The notes under the pieces were generated by a model. It was not told the DNA's origin and did no database searches. It saw nothing but the letters and a program-made list of their open reading frames with translations. DNA of 53,909 nt from the NCBI GenBank assembly GCA_035701885.1, contig DASSRG010000143.1, positions 1 to 53,909 of the forward strand, given 5' to 3'. Below, in pieces: positions 34,308 through 43,383 of this stretch (positions are counted from its first letter, which is position 1; each line of letters opens with the position of its first letter). Origin of the DNA: Candidatus Limnocylindrales bacterium. GTDB taxonomy: Bacteria; Chloroflexota; Limnocylindria; Limnocylindrales; CSP1-4. Made by a program: the position numbers and the translations under genes.

Positions 34308-35383
34308 GCCCGGCGCGGATCGGCGTCATCGGGTGCGGCTGGTGGGCGACACGGGCCCACCTGCCGGCGCTCGAGGCGAACCCCGATGCGGTGATCGCCG
34401 CGATCGCGGACACCGACCCGGGAAACCGAACCCGGACCGCCGAGCGGTTCGGCGTGCCGCCGTCGCGCATCTACGACAGTGCCGAGTCCATGCTCGACGC
34501 CGGCGTGCTCGATGCGGCGATCATCGCCGTCCCCCACGCTGCCCATGCCGGGATCGCGCGCCTCGTGCTCGAGCGCGGGATCCACCTGCTGCTCGAGAAG
34601 CCGATGACGATCCGGCCAGCCGATGCGCGCGCACTGGCGGCCCTCGCCGTCGAGCGGGGCGTCGAGCTGATCGTCGGCTACCCGTGGCACTACAACCGGC
34701 AGGTCCTGGCGATCAGGGACGCGATCGCCGACGGCCGGATCGGCACGATCGAGTATGTCTCGTGCCTCTTCGCGTCGATCGTCCGCGAGCTCTACCGGGG
34801 CAATCCCGAACCCTACCGCGACGTGCTGGGCTACACCCTCAATCCACCCGGCGAGCGCACGTACGCGGACCCGGAGATCGCCGGCGGCGGTCAGGGGCAG
34901 ACCCAGGTCACGCACTCCGCGGCCCTGCTCCTGTTCATGACCGGCCTCGAGCCCGTCACCGTCAGCGCGCTCACCGAGGCGTACGAGCTGCAGGTGGACC
35001 TCGCCGATGCGCTCGCCGTGCGGTTCCGGGGCGGGGCCATCGGGTCGCTCGCGTCGACCGGGTCCGTGCTGCCGGGGCAGGACGAGATCCTCGAGTACCG
35101 GATCTTCGGCGACCAGGGGCACATCGATTTCGACGTGAACGAGGGGCTGGCGGTCATCCACGGCCGCGACGGCGAGGTGCACCGCCTGCCGGGGCTCGCG
35201 GTCGAGGAGCGGTACCCCGACTGGGCCCCCGCCGACAATCTCGTGGACGTCGTCCTCGGGCGCGCGGGTAACGGGTCACCTGCGGCCCTGGGCGTCATGA
35301 CCGTCGAGCTGGTCGACGCCCTGTACCGGTCCGCGCGAGAGGGTCGCAGCCTCGCGGTCGGAGCGGAGGAAGGGGTGGCATGA
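34304..35383 (+). CDS. Gfo/Idh/MocA family oxidoreductase
   Basis: GTG 34304 (GTGA overlap with the permease stop) inside ORF 33359..35383. Motifs IGVIGCGWW, LLEKPM and AGGGQGQTQVTH. Confidence 0.85.
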   Translation: MSPARIGVIGCGWWATRAHLPALEANPDAVIAAIADTDPGNRTRTAERFGVPPSRIYDSAESMLDAGVLDAAIIAVPHAAHAGIARLVLERGIHLLLEKPMTIRPADARALAALAVERGVELIVGYPWHYNRQVLAIRDAIADGRIGTIEYVSCLFASIVRELYRGNPEPYRDVLGYTLNPPGERTYADPEIAGGGQGQTQVTHSAALLLFMTGLEPVTVSALTEAYELQVDLADALAVRFRGGAIGSLASTGSVLPGQDEILEYRIFGDQGHIDFDVNEGLAVIHGRDGEVHRLPGLAVEERYPDWAPADNLVDVVLGRAGNGSPAALGVMTVELVDALYRSAREGRSLAVGAEEGVA

Positions 35384-36510
35384 CCGACACGATCGCGCGA
35401 GTCGAGGCATTCCCGCTTCGCTACGCCGAGCCGAACAACAACGGCAAGGTGCGGTGCGTGACGCTCGTCAGGCTCGAGACGACCGGCGGCGCGGTCGGCT
35501 GGGGCGAGGCGATCACGGGCGCCGAGGACGCCTCGCTGGCGGTGAAGGTCATCGTGGATCGTGGCGTGGGCCCCCGCCTGCTCGGACGCGATCCGCGCGC
35601 CGTCGAGGCGACGTGGGCGGAGCTCCGCGAGAGCACCTACTGGTCAGGCAACGGCGGGATCGTCACGTTCGCGCTGAGCGCGATCGACATGGCGATGTGG
35701 GACCTCGCGGGCCGGCTGGCAGGCCTGCCCGTGTACGCCCTCCTCGGCGGCAAGCAGCGGGACCGCGTGCGGGCCGCCTCGTCCATCATCTTCGACACCG
35801 CGGACATCCCGGGCATCGGGCGCCAGTTCGCCGACCTCCGCGCACGCGGGTACGAGGTGCTGAAGGGCGGCTGGGGCCACGACCTCTCGATCGCCTTCGG
35901 ACGTGATGCCCGGCGAGACATCGAGATCGTGCGCACCGTCCGCGAGGCAGTCGGTGACGAGGCGGAGATCATCGTGGACGTCGTGGCAGGCTCTGGGTGG
36001 ACGGCGAGCCACGCGATCACCATGGCCCGTGCCTTCGAACCCTACCGCCTGTACTGGCTCGAGGACGCGCTTCCCGAGTCGGACGACGCCGGATGGGCCC
36101 GCCTGCGCGCGGCGACGGCCACGCCGCTGTGCACCGGCGAGAAGGGGTGGACGGTGGGCCACTTCCGGGGCCTCATCGACCGCGGCGCCCTCGACATCGT
36201 GATGCTCGATCCGGGTCGGGCCGAGGGGGTGACGGGATCGAAGAAGGTGATCGACAGGGCCGCCGAGTCGCGGATGGCCTGGAACGCGCACACGTGGTCA
36301 TCTGCCCTCAACACGGCTGCGTCCCTGCACCTCGCGGCAGCATCTCCGAACGTGCTCGTGCTGGAGCTCAAGCCCGAGCCCGGCCCGATGCAACATGAGC
36401 TCGTCACCGACCCGATCGAGATGCGCGACGGGTACGTGGCGGTCCGGGACGCGCCTGGCCTCGGCGTCACCGTGGACGAGGCAGTCGTCCGCCGCTACAC
36501 GTTCGACTGA
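35380..36510 (+). CDS. enolase superfamily (MR/MLE-like) sugar-acid dehydratase candidate
   Basis: ATGA overlap with the Gfo stop. Motifs SAIDMAMWDLAGR, WLEDAL, CTGEKGW and NAHTWSS. Paralogue of 11973..13118. Confidence 0.8.
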   Translation: MTDTIARVEAFPLRYAEPNNNGKVRCVTLVRLETTGGAVGWGEAITGAEDASLAVKVIVDRGVGPRLLGRDPRAVEATWAELRESTYWSGNGGIVTFALSAIDMAMWDLAGRLAGLPVYALLGGKQRDRVRAASSIIFDTADIPGIGRQFADLRARGYEVLKGGWGHDLSIAFGRDARRDIEIVRTVREAVGDEAEIIVDVVAGSGWTASHAITMARAFEPYRLYWLEDALPESDDAGWARLRAATATPLCTGEKGWTVGHFRGLIDRGALDIVMLDPGRAEGVTGSKKVIDRAAESRMAWNAHTWSSALNTAASLHLAAASPNVLVLELKPEPGPMQHELVTDPIEMRDGYVAVRDAPGLGVTVDEAVVRRYTFD

Positions 36511-36560
36511 CCGCGCTCGGCGCTCGCCGCGACGCGTACGCCGCGAGGGGCAGACGTGGA

Positions 36561-36593
36561 ACGACCCGCCGGTGGCGTGGACCGACGGGTCGT
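36561..36593. terminator. hairpin between convergent genes (terminator candidate)
   Basis: 8-bp stem ACGACCCG / CGGGTCGT with a 17-nt loop. It lies between the enolase-family stop (36510) and the amidohydrolase stop (36615). Confidence 0.3.
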
Positions 36594-36614
36594 GCGAGCT
36601 GGGGGTCGGCCGGA

Positions 36615-37505
36615 TCAGATCCGGTAGAACTTCTCCGCGTTCCTGTAGAGCATCTTCTCCTGGTCCTCGCGGCTGAACCCCGCCTCCGCGAGGATCGTCC
36701 GATACGCGTCCGTCTGCTCGAGGTAGGTGGCGTACAGGATGTCGACCGGCCAGTTGGTCCCGAACATCGACCGGTCCGGGCCGAACGCGTCGATCATGTG
36801 CAGGACCCACGGCCGGATGGACTCGATCGTCCAGTGGTTGTCCGCCATGCCGAAGCCCGAGATCTTGGCGGCGACGTGCTCGACCTCGGCGAGCTGGCTG
36901 ATCTCCGACTTCCAGAGGTTGAAGTAGTCGGGATCACGCTGGACCGGGAACCCGGCGTGACCCAGGATCACCGGCGTGTCGGGCATCTCCTTCGCGACGT
37001 CGCGGCCGTTGAGCAGTGCGCCGGGCGACGCGTTGAGCTCGTACGACAGGCCGCGGGCGCCCAGGGCGCGGTAGCCGCGGCGGAACGCCTCGGTCACTTC
37101 GGTCGGGTGCGCGCGGATGCGGACGCCGCGCACGAGGTCGGACGCCTCGAGGTGCCGGTCGAGCTCTGCCTCGCCGTTGTCGGCCTCGACGTCGCAGAAC
37201 ACGACCAGGGCGTGCGGGAAGCCGTGCTCCTTCGCCACGTTGTCCAGCCAGACCGTCTCCTCGACCGGGTCCGGCCCCGCGTAGGCGGCCTCGACGTGGA
37301 CGCTCTTGATGACGTTGGCCCCGTAGAACTCCTTGAAGAAGCGCCACGGGTTGCCGATCGTCGACCGGATCATCTTGTAGTCGCCGAGCAGCGCGTTGTG
37401 TCCCGGCCATCCCGGATCGGTCAGCCAGTCGTAGTGGAACCGGTCCAGCTCCCACAGGTGGTGGTGCGTCTCGATGAACGGGATGCTGCGATCGACCTCG
37501 GCCAC
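36615..37505 (-). CDS. Amidohydrolase_2 family hydrolase (sugar lactonase candidate)
   Basis: 296 aa. The N-terminal metal motif IETHHHLWE is typical of the LigI / L-fucono- / L-rhamnono-lactonase branch of the amidohydrolase superfamily. Confidence 0.7.
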   Translation of the reverse strand: MAEVDRSIPFIETHHHLWELDRFHYDWLTDPGWPGHNALLGDYKMIRSTIGNPWRFFKEFYGANVIKSVHVEAAYAGPDPVEETVWLDNVAKEHGFPHALVVFCDVEADNGEAELDRHLEASDLVRGVRIRAHPTEVTEAFRRGYRALGARGLSYELNASPGALLNGRDVAKEMPDTPVILGHAGFPVQRDPDYFNLWKSEISQLAEVEHVAAKISGFGMADNHWTIESIRPWVLHMIDAFGPDRSMFGTNWPVDILYATYLEQTDAYRTILAEAGFSREDQEKMLYRNAEKFYRI

Positions 37506-37536
37506 GTGAGCCCTCCTGCGAACGGCGTCGGGGACG

Positions 37537-38412
37537 CTACTGCCTCATGGCGCTGACGGGGACGTGCGCGCGGAGCCACTCGACGCTCCGCTCGATGAGA
37601 ACCAGCTCGTCCACCGGGCCGTCACCCAGCGAGGCGAGCTCCACGCAGACCGGGCCGTCGAACCCGGACCGGTCAAGGATGGCGATGATCTCGGGCAGCG
37701 GGCCGACACCCTCCCCGAGCGCGGTGCAGACGGGTCCGCCCCAGACCGTGGGGTCGCCGGGCGCGTAGTCCTTGAGCTGCACGAGCAGCGCGTGCGGCGC
37801 CAGGGCGCGGGTGCCCTCCAGCTCGTCGTCGCCGACGCGGATGAGGTTGACGTTGTCGAGGCACACGCCGAGCGCCGGGCTGTCGACCCGCTCGATCAGG
37901 GCGAGGATGTCGGCGACGGTCAGGTCGCCGTGGTTCTCGAGGGCCAGGCGGATGCCCGCGTCGGTGGCGTGGTTCGCGGCTCGGCGCAGCGGCCCGGTCA
38001 GCCGCTCGACGAGGACCTCCGCCGGCTCGTCGCCACGCGACGCGGGGCTGCCGCCGGTGATCCGGAGCACGGGGTGGTCGAGGCGTGCGGCGGCTTCGAT
38101 CCAGCGCCCCAGCTCCATCTCCGCGCCCCACGACCGGCCGCCATCCAGGCCGTGGAACCGGCCGTCCGGCCACGGGTGGCCCCACGAGAAGCCGACGCGA
38201 ACGGGCGCGGCATCCGCGGCGAGCGCGTCGTCGTACGTCTCGGGCTCGGCGAGGTAGCAGGTCTCGAGGAACACGGCGTCCACGGCGAGTGATCGCGCGT
38301 GGGCGAGCACGGGGGCGGGGCCGGGCGGCCACCGATCCGGCAGCGCGCGCTCTCCGGCGCGGGTCTCGCCGTAGCGGCGGTGATACGAGTAGCTGTCGAT
38401 GCCGACCTGCAC
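37537..38412 (-). CDS. xylose isomerase-like TIM-barrel protein (sugar phosphate isomerase/epimerase family)
   Basis: IRLALENHGD motif. Start set to GTG 38412 (VQVGIDSYSY) so that the operator-like palindrome at 38479..38496 stays non-coding. ORF track start 38508 is less likely. Confidence 0.65.
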   Translation of the reverse strand: MQVGIDSYSYHRRYGETRAGERALPDRWPPGPAPVLAHARSLAVDAVFLETCYLAEPETYDDALAADAAPVRVGFSWGHPWPDGRFHGLDGGRSWGAEMELGRWIEAAARLDHPVLRITGGSPASRGDEPAEVLVERLTGPLRRAANHATDAGIRLALENHGDLTVADILALIERVDSPALGVCLDNVNLIRVGDDELEGTRALAPHALLVQLKDYAPGDPTVWGGPVCTALGEGVGPLPEIIAILDRSGFDGPVCVELASLGDGPVDELVLIERSVEWLRAHVPVSAMRQ

Positions 38413-38473
38413 CAAGGGCCCTCGTGACGGGGCGTGGGACGGCGCGTTGCCGCGCCCGTAGCCCGCATGGTAG

Positions 38474-38496
38474 CGTTTCGCTGGAAACGTCACCAG
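38474..38496. promoter_or_regulatory. LacI-type operator-like palindrome (CGTTTCGCTGGAAACGTCACCAGC)
   Basis: GCTGGAAACGTCACCAGC pairs at 7 of 9 positions as a palindrome. It contains CGCTGGAAACG, the reverse complement of the 6137..6147 and 16030..16040 cores. It lies in the divergent region between the TIM-barrel gene and the SDR/creatininase operon. Confidence 0.45.
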
Positions 38497-38540
38497 CCCG
38501 TTCTGCAAACGATACGAACGCGCACCCCGAGGAGGTCTGC

Positions 38541-39251
38541 ATGATCCAGGTCGAGGGCCTCGAAGGCCGTGTCGCGGTCGTGACCGGAGCCGCCCGCGGG
38601 ATCGGCCAGCGGATCGCCGAGGTTCTCGCCGGCAACGGCGCGAAGGTCGCCGCGCTGGACCTCGCGGCGCCGGCCCACGACGGCATCCTCGGCATCGCCT
38701 GCGACGTCTCGGACGAGGCTGCCGTGAACGCCGCGTTCGACCGCGTCGAGGCGGAGCTCGGGGTGACGAGCGCGCTCGTCCTCAACGCCGGGATCTTCCC
38801 GATCGTGCCGTTCGAGGAGACATCGCGCGAGCTGTGGGACCGGACGCTCGCGATCAACCTGACCGGCGCGTTCCTCGCGGCGCGGCGCGCCCTCCCCGGG
38901 ATGCGGCAGCAGCAGTACGGGCGGATCGTCGGGATCGGCTCGTCGGCGGGCAAGGCGGGCGGCGCCCGGTCGGTGGCGGCGTACGCCGCGTCCAAGGCCG
39001 GCGTCATGACGCTCATGAAGTCGATCGCCAACGAATACGCGAAGGAGGGCATCACGGCGAACGCCCTCGCACCGGCCCTCATCGACACCGAGATGATCGC
39101 GAACACCCGGGACCTCGTGTCGCGAATTCCGGTGGGCCGGTTCGGGACGACTGACGAGGTCGCCTCGCTGGTCGCGTTCCTGTGCTCGTCGCACGCGGGC
39201 TACATCACGGGCGAGGTCACCGACATCAACGGCGGCTTCCTGATCGACTGA
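38541..39251 (+). CDS. SDR family oxidoreductase (FabG-like)
   Basis: ATG 38541 after GAGGAGG, inside ORF 38085..39251. Motifs VTGAARGIGQ and YAASK. Confidence 0.9.
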   Translation: MIQVEGLEGRVAVVTGAARGIGQRIAEVLAGNGAKVAALDLAAPAHDGILGIACDVSDEAAVNAAFDRVEAELGVTSALVLNAGIFPIVPFEETSRELWDRTLAINLTGAFLAARRALPGMRQQQYGRIVGIGSSAGKAGGARSVAAYAASKAGVMTLMKSIANEYAKEGITANALAPALIDTEMIANTRDLVSRIPVGRFGTTDEVASLVAFLCSSHAGYITGEVTDINGGFLID

Positions 39252-39258
39252 GCGCCCG

Positions 39259-40356
39259 ATGACGACCAGCGAGGTCCGGCTCGAGCGGCTGCGGCCGGCG
39301 GGCATCGAGGCGGCCCTGGCGCGAGCGCCCATCGCCTGGGTGCCGCTCGGCGCGCTCGAGTTCCACGCCCCGCATCTCCCCAACGGCACCGACGGATTCA
39401 CCGGTCACGGGGTGGTGGCCCGCGCCGCGGCGAGCGTGGGCGGCGTCGTCCTCCCGTGGTCGTACGTGACGATGGGCACGCTTGCGCTGCCGTGGTCCTT
39501 CCGCTACGACCCGTCGACGGTCGCCGACGTCCTGCGCCAGACGCTGCGCCAGCTCCCGCAACACGGCGTGCGGCTCGCCGTCGTCCACACCGGCCACGCG
39601 CCGCTGGACCTCATCCACCTCATCAAACGGGTGTGCGCCGAGGTGGAGGCGGAGCACCCCGGCCTGCGCGCCTACGGGCTGTGCTACCTGGAGCTCAACG
39701 CGGCGCTCGGGACCGGGCTGGGGACGGACTGGCCCGTCGCCGTCGACCACGGCGCCACGATGGAGACCTCGTGGCTGGCGGCGGTCGAGCCCGGCCTCGT
39801 GGACGCGACCGCCCTCCCGGACGACCCCGATGCCGTCACCGCCGGCGTGTACGGCCCGAACCCTCGGTTCACCGCGGATGCGGCGGCTGGCGGCGCACAG
39901 ATCGACGCCGCAGCCGCGCTGCTCGCGACGCGCGCGTCGGCGCTCCTGGCCGGGGAGACGCTGGACACGTTCGCGGACCTGCGCGCCCTCGTCGAGCGCT
40001 ACTGGCCGGAGCCGCTCACGCTCGGTGCGCGGGCAGGCGACCGCGGCGACGCGGCCCTGCTGGTCACCAACTCCGGGCCCGTGTCGCGCTACCTGTCGTC
40101 GATCCGGTTGCGCATCGACGGCGCCGAGGTGCCCGCGGCGGACGTCGCGCTGCGCAACCCGACGCCCGGCGAGCTCGGCGTGGCCGTCCCTGGGGATCGC
40201 CTGGACGCCGAGCACGGCTTCTACGTCCGGCGCAACCAGACGGCGGAGATCACGATCCCGACCGTCCTCGCCCCCGGTCCCCACGAGGTCGAGCTGGCGC
40301 TCGGGCTCGCGGGCGTCGCGGAGACGGTGCTCGCTGGATCGGTGGAGGCGGCATGA
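39259..40356 (+). CDS. creatininase-family amidohydrolase with ~120-aa C-terminal extension
   Basis: LEFHAPHLPNGTD and DHGATMETS match the creatininase-fold metal-site pattern (E.H..HLP..TD ... H.G..ETS). Residues after about 245 form an extra, beta-looking domain. Confidence 0.6.
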   Translation: MTTSEVRLERLRPAGIEAALARAPIAWVPLGALEFHAPHLPNGTDGFTGHGVVARAAASVGGVVLPWSYVTMGTLALPWSFRYDPSTVADVLRQTLRQLPQHGVRLAVVHTGHAPLDLIHLIKRVCAEVEAEHPGLRAYGLCYLELNAALGTGLGTDWPVAVDHGATMETSWLAAVEPGLVDATALPDDPDAVTAGVYGPNPRFTADAAAGGAQIDAAAALLATRASALLAGETLDTFADLRALVERYWPEPLTLGARAGDRGDAALLVTNSGPVSRYLSSIRLRIDGAEVPAADVALRNPTPGELGVAVPGDRLDAEHGFYVRRNQTAEITIPTVLAPGPHEVELALGLAGVAETVLAGSVEAA

Positions 40357-40372
40357 CCGCGCCGGAACGGCC

Positions 40373-41551
40373 GTGACGCGGTTCGACCTCGTGATCGCGG
40401 GCGGCACGGTCATCGACGCGGGGTCCGGCGTCAACGACCTCCGGGACGTGGGCATCGTCGACGGCCGGATCGCCGCGATCGAGCCGTCGCTCGCGACGGC
40501 GGACGCCCGCGAGGCGATCGACGCCACCGGCCGGTACGTCGTCCCGGGGCTCGTCGACCTCCACGTCCATGTCTACCCGGGCGTCGCGGACCTGTCCGTG
40601 GACGCCGACGCCACCTGCCTCGGGCGTGGCGTCACGACGGTCGTGGATGGCGGCTCGGCCGGGGCGAACACGTGGCCCGGGTTCCGCCGGTGGGTGGTGG
40701 ACACGGCACGGACCCGCGTCCTCGCGTTCCTCAACATCAGCCTGCTCGGCCAGGTCGACACCCACCTCGGCGAGCTGCACGACCTGCGCTTCGCCGACCC
40801 CGAGCGCGCGGCTCGGGTCGCGGTCGCGAACCCGGACCGGATCGTTGGCTTCAAGGTGCGGCTGTCGGGCACGCTGGCGGGCGAGAACGGCCTGGAAGGC
40901 CTGCGGCGGGCGCTGTGGGCGGGCCGCGCGACGGGGCTGCCGGTCATGGCCCACATCGGCGGCACGCCGTTCGACATCGAGAGCGCGCTCGCCCTGATGG
41001 GCGCCGGTGACATCGTCACCCACTCGTTCACCGGCTGGAACCCGGGCGGGATCGTCGATGACGAGGGCCGCGTGCTGCCTGCCGCGCGAGACGCCCGGGC
41101 GCGCGGCGTCCGGTTCGACATCGGCCACGGCGGCGGCTCGTTCTCGTGGGCGACCGCCGAGGCGGCCATCGCAGAGGGCTTCGAGCCCGACACGATCAGC
41201 ACCGACCTCCATCGGTTCAACGTGGCGGGGCCCGTCGGCGACCTGCCGGAGACGATGTCGAAGCTCCTCCACCTCGGGCTGCCGCTCGAGCGCGTGATCG
41301 AGGCGGCCACGAGCGCGCCCGCCGCCTCCGTCGGCGCCGCCGGGCGGGACCTCGGCCGGCTCGTGGTCGGCGGTCCCGCGGACGTCACGGTCCTGGGGCT
41401 CCAGGAGGCGCCTCGTGACCTCGCCGACTCGCTGGGCGCGACCCGGACCGTGACCCGGCACCTCGTCCCGACCGCCGTCGTCCGCGCCGGGGCCGCCGTC
41501 CCGATCAGGCCCCGCGTCACGGAGCCGCCCGCGGGCATCTCCCCGGGCTAG
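40373..41551 (+). CDS. amidohydrolase/deacetylase family metallohydrolase (dihydroorotase-like)
   Basis: GTG 40373 inside ORF 39482..41551. N-terminal beta-sandwich FDLVIAGGTVIDA followed by the HxH motif GLVDLHVHVY. Confidence 0.65.
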   Translation: MTRFDLVIAGGTVIDAGSGVNDLRDVGIVDGRIAAIEPSLATADAREAIDATGRYVVPGLVDLHVHVYPGVADLSVDADATCLGRGVTTVVDGGSAGANTWPGFRRWVVDTARTRVLAFLNISLLGQVDTHLGELHDLRFADPERAARVAVANPDRIVGFKVRLSGTLAGENGLEGLRRALWAGRATGLPVMAHIGGTPFDIESALALMGAGDIVTHSFTGWNPGGIVDDEGRVLPAARDARARGVRFDIGHGGGSFSWATAEAAIAEGFEPDTISTDLHRFNVAGPVGDLPETMSKLLHLGLPLERVIEAATSAPAASVGAAGRDLGRLVVGGPADVTVLGLQEAPRDLADSLGATRTVTRHLVPTAVVRAGAAVPIRPRVTEPPAGISPG

Positions 41552-41554
41552 CAG

Positions 41555-42133
41555 CTAGCCGGCCGCCCGCGCGGCCCGATCGGCCTCCCACTCGTCACGG
41601 GTGATCGCGTACTCGACGTCGCCCAGCTCGTCGCCCTCGATCCTGTCGGGCCACGGCATCGTGAACGTCCGGACGAACCGCATCCCGGCCTTCTCCATGA
41701 CCCGCCGCGAGCCGGTGTTGACGGTCATCGTGGTCGCGTAGACGCGCCGAGCCCCGAGCTCCTCGAACGCCTTGTCGATCAGCGCGATCGAGCCCTCGGT
41801 CGCAAGCCCGCGACCCCATGCCGTCTGGATCAGCCGGTACCCGAGCTCCGGCTCGTCCGGCGGATCGCCGGCGTTCGGGCGCAGGTGGAACCAGCCGAGG
41901 AACGCGCCGGTCTCGCGCTCGATCGCCGCCCAGAAGCCCCACGCGTCGCCGCGATCGTAGTACGCGAGCCACCATGGCAGGTAGTCGTCGCGCATCTCCT
42001 CGACGGTCGTCGGGCGGCCGCCGTTGATGTAGCGCATCACCGCCGGGTCCGAGTCGAGCGCGACCAGCGCGTCGAGGTCGTCCGGCGTGAACCGCCGGAG
42101 CGTCAGCCTCTCCGTCTCGAGATACACGGTCAC
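41555..42133 (-). CDS. GNAT family N-acetyltransferase (RimJ/RimL-like)
   Basis: 192 aa. ERLTLRRFTPDDLDAL ... GYRLIQTAWGRGLATE ... NTGSRRVMEKAGM. Confidence 0.8.
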   Translation of the reverse strand: MTVYLETERLTLRRFTPDDLDALVALDSDPAVMRYINGGRPTTVEEMRDDYLPWWLAYYDRGDAWGFWAAIERETGAFLGWFHLRPNAGDPPDEPELGYRLIQTAWGRGLATEGSIALIDKAFEELGARRVYATTMTVNTGSRRVMEKAGMRFVRTFTMPWPDRIEGDELGDVEYAITRDEWEADRAARAAG

Positions 42134-42175
42134 GGCCGGATGGTACGGGCGCCGGCCACCGGCGCGATGCGGGGA

Positions 42176-43273
42176 TCAGCGCGCGACGCTGGCGATCGTG
42201 CCGTCCGCGGCGCTGCGGTACATGCCGTCGAGGATCTCCACGACCCGGGCGCCGAGCGACGCCGGGGACGGGTTGGCGGTCGTGCGGCCGATGACGAGGT
42301 CCACCAGTCGGTCCGTCACCCGGTCGAACGACCACAGCACGTCGTCGTCGCTGAGGTCCACCTCGATGTCATCGCCGCCCAGCGAGCGGGCGACGCGGGG
42401 CGCCGTCATGTCCAGCACGACCTGTCCCCGCTCCCCGGTCACGCGGATCCGCAGCTGGTGGACGTTGCCGAAGGTGCCGAATGGCAGCGACGCGCCGCCG
42501 ATGGAGGCGATCGTGCCGTCGTCGAACCGGACGGCGATGACGTCGTGGAGCTCCACCGCAGAGTCGGGCGAGGACGTGAATGCCGCGACCTGCGACGCGC
42601 GCAGTGACGGCACGAGGCGGAGCACGAGGCCCAGCGCGTGGGTCAGCTGGCCCTGGCCATATCCCCCGCCGGAGATGGACGGATCGGACCATGTCTCGGT
42701 CCGCGGCAGCGGCGCGCCGGACTCCTCGCCGACGTACGTCCGGCCGTTGAGCAGCAGGTCGCGGACGATCGTGCTCATCTCGACCGAGACGTGCTCCACC
42801 CGCCCGATGCCGTCCGGCCCGTCGATCAGCCGGTGCGCCTGCTCGCTGATCCCCATCTCGTTCCACGCGTAGCACAGCACGACATGCACGCCGCGCTCGC
42901 GGGCCCGCTGCTCGATCGCCCAGGCGTCGGCGGGATCGATCGTGAACGGCTTCTCGGCGAGGATGTGGATGCCGGCGTCGATCGCGGCCAGCGCCTGCTC
43001 GGCGCGCAGGTGGACCGGGCCGGTCAGCGCGACGATGTCCGGCCGAGCCTCGATGACCTCGCGCCAGTCGGTGGTGGCGCGGGCAAAGCCGAACCGGGCG
43101 CGGATCTCCTCCAGCAGCGCCTCGTCGCGGCGGCTGACGATCCACGGCTCCACCTCGGGCCGGCGGAGCAGCCCCGGGATGTGCGCTGCCACGGCCCACG
43201 TCCCGGCCCCGATGACGCCGAGCCGAAGGCGGCCGCCCTCGCCGCTGCCGGGGAGCGCCCGGTCGTCGCTCAT
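42176..43273 (-). CDS. Gfo/Idh/MocA family oxidoreductase
   Basis: ATG 43273 (GGGAGGA upstream) inside ORF 42176..43579. Motifs LRLGVIGAGTW, LAEKPF and SGGGYGQGQLTH. Confidence 0.85.
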   Translation of the reverse strand: MSDDRALPGSGEGGRLRLGVIGAGTWAVAAHIPGLLRRPEVEPWIVSRRDEALLEEIRARFGFARATTDWREVIEARPDIVALTGPVHLRAEQALAAIDAGIHILAEKPFTIDPADAWAIEQRARERGVHVVLCYAWNEMGISEQAHRLIDGPDGIGRVEHVSVEMSTIVRDLLLNGRTYVGEESGAPLPRTETWSDPSISGGGYGQGQLTHALGLVLRLVPSLRASQVAAFTSSPDSAVELHDVIAVRFDDGTIASIGGASLPFGTFGNVHQLRIRVTGERGQVVLDMTAPRVARSLGGDDIEVDLSDDDVLWSFDRVTDRLVDLVIGRTTANPSPASLGARVVEILDGMYRSAADGTIASVAR

Positions 43274-43338
43274 GCCTGGTGTCCTCCCGCCCCCGAATGC
43301 GCCTGTGACCGGCCCTTGGACGGAGGCCGGAAATGGGT

Positions 43339-43368
43339 CCGGCCCCATCCCTCGCGGGACGGGGCCGG
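43339..43368 (-). terminator. hairpin just after the SBP stop (attenuator / mRNA stabiliser candidate)
   Basis: 8-bp stem CCGGCCCC / GGGGCCGG with a 14-nt loop, 16 nt downstream (minus strand) of the SBP stop at 43384 and upstream of the Gfo gene. Confidence 0.3.
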
Positions 43369-43383
43369 CATCGGATCCGTCGC

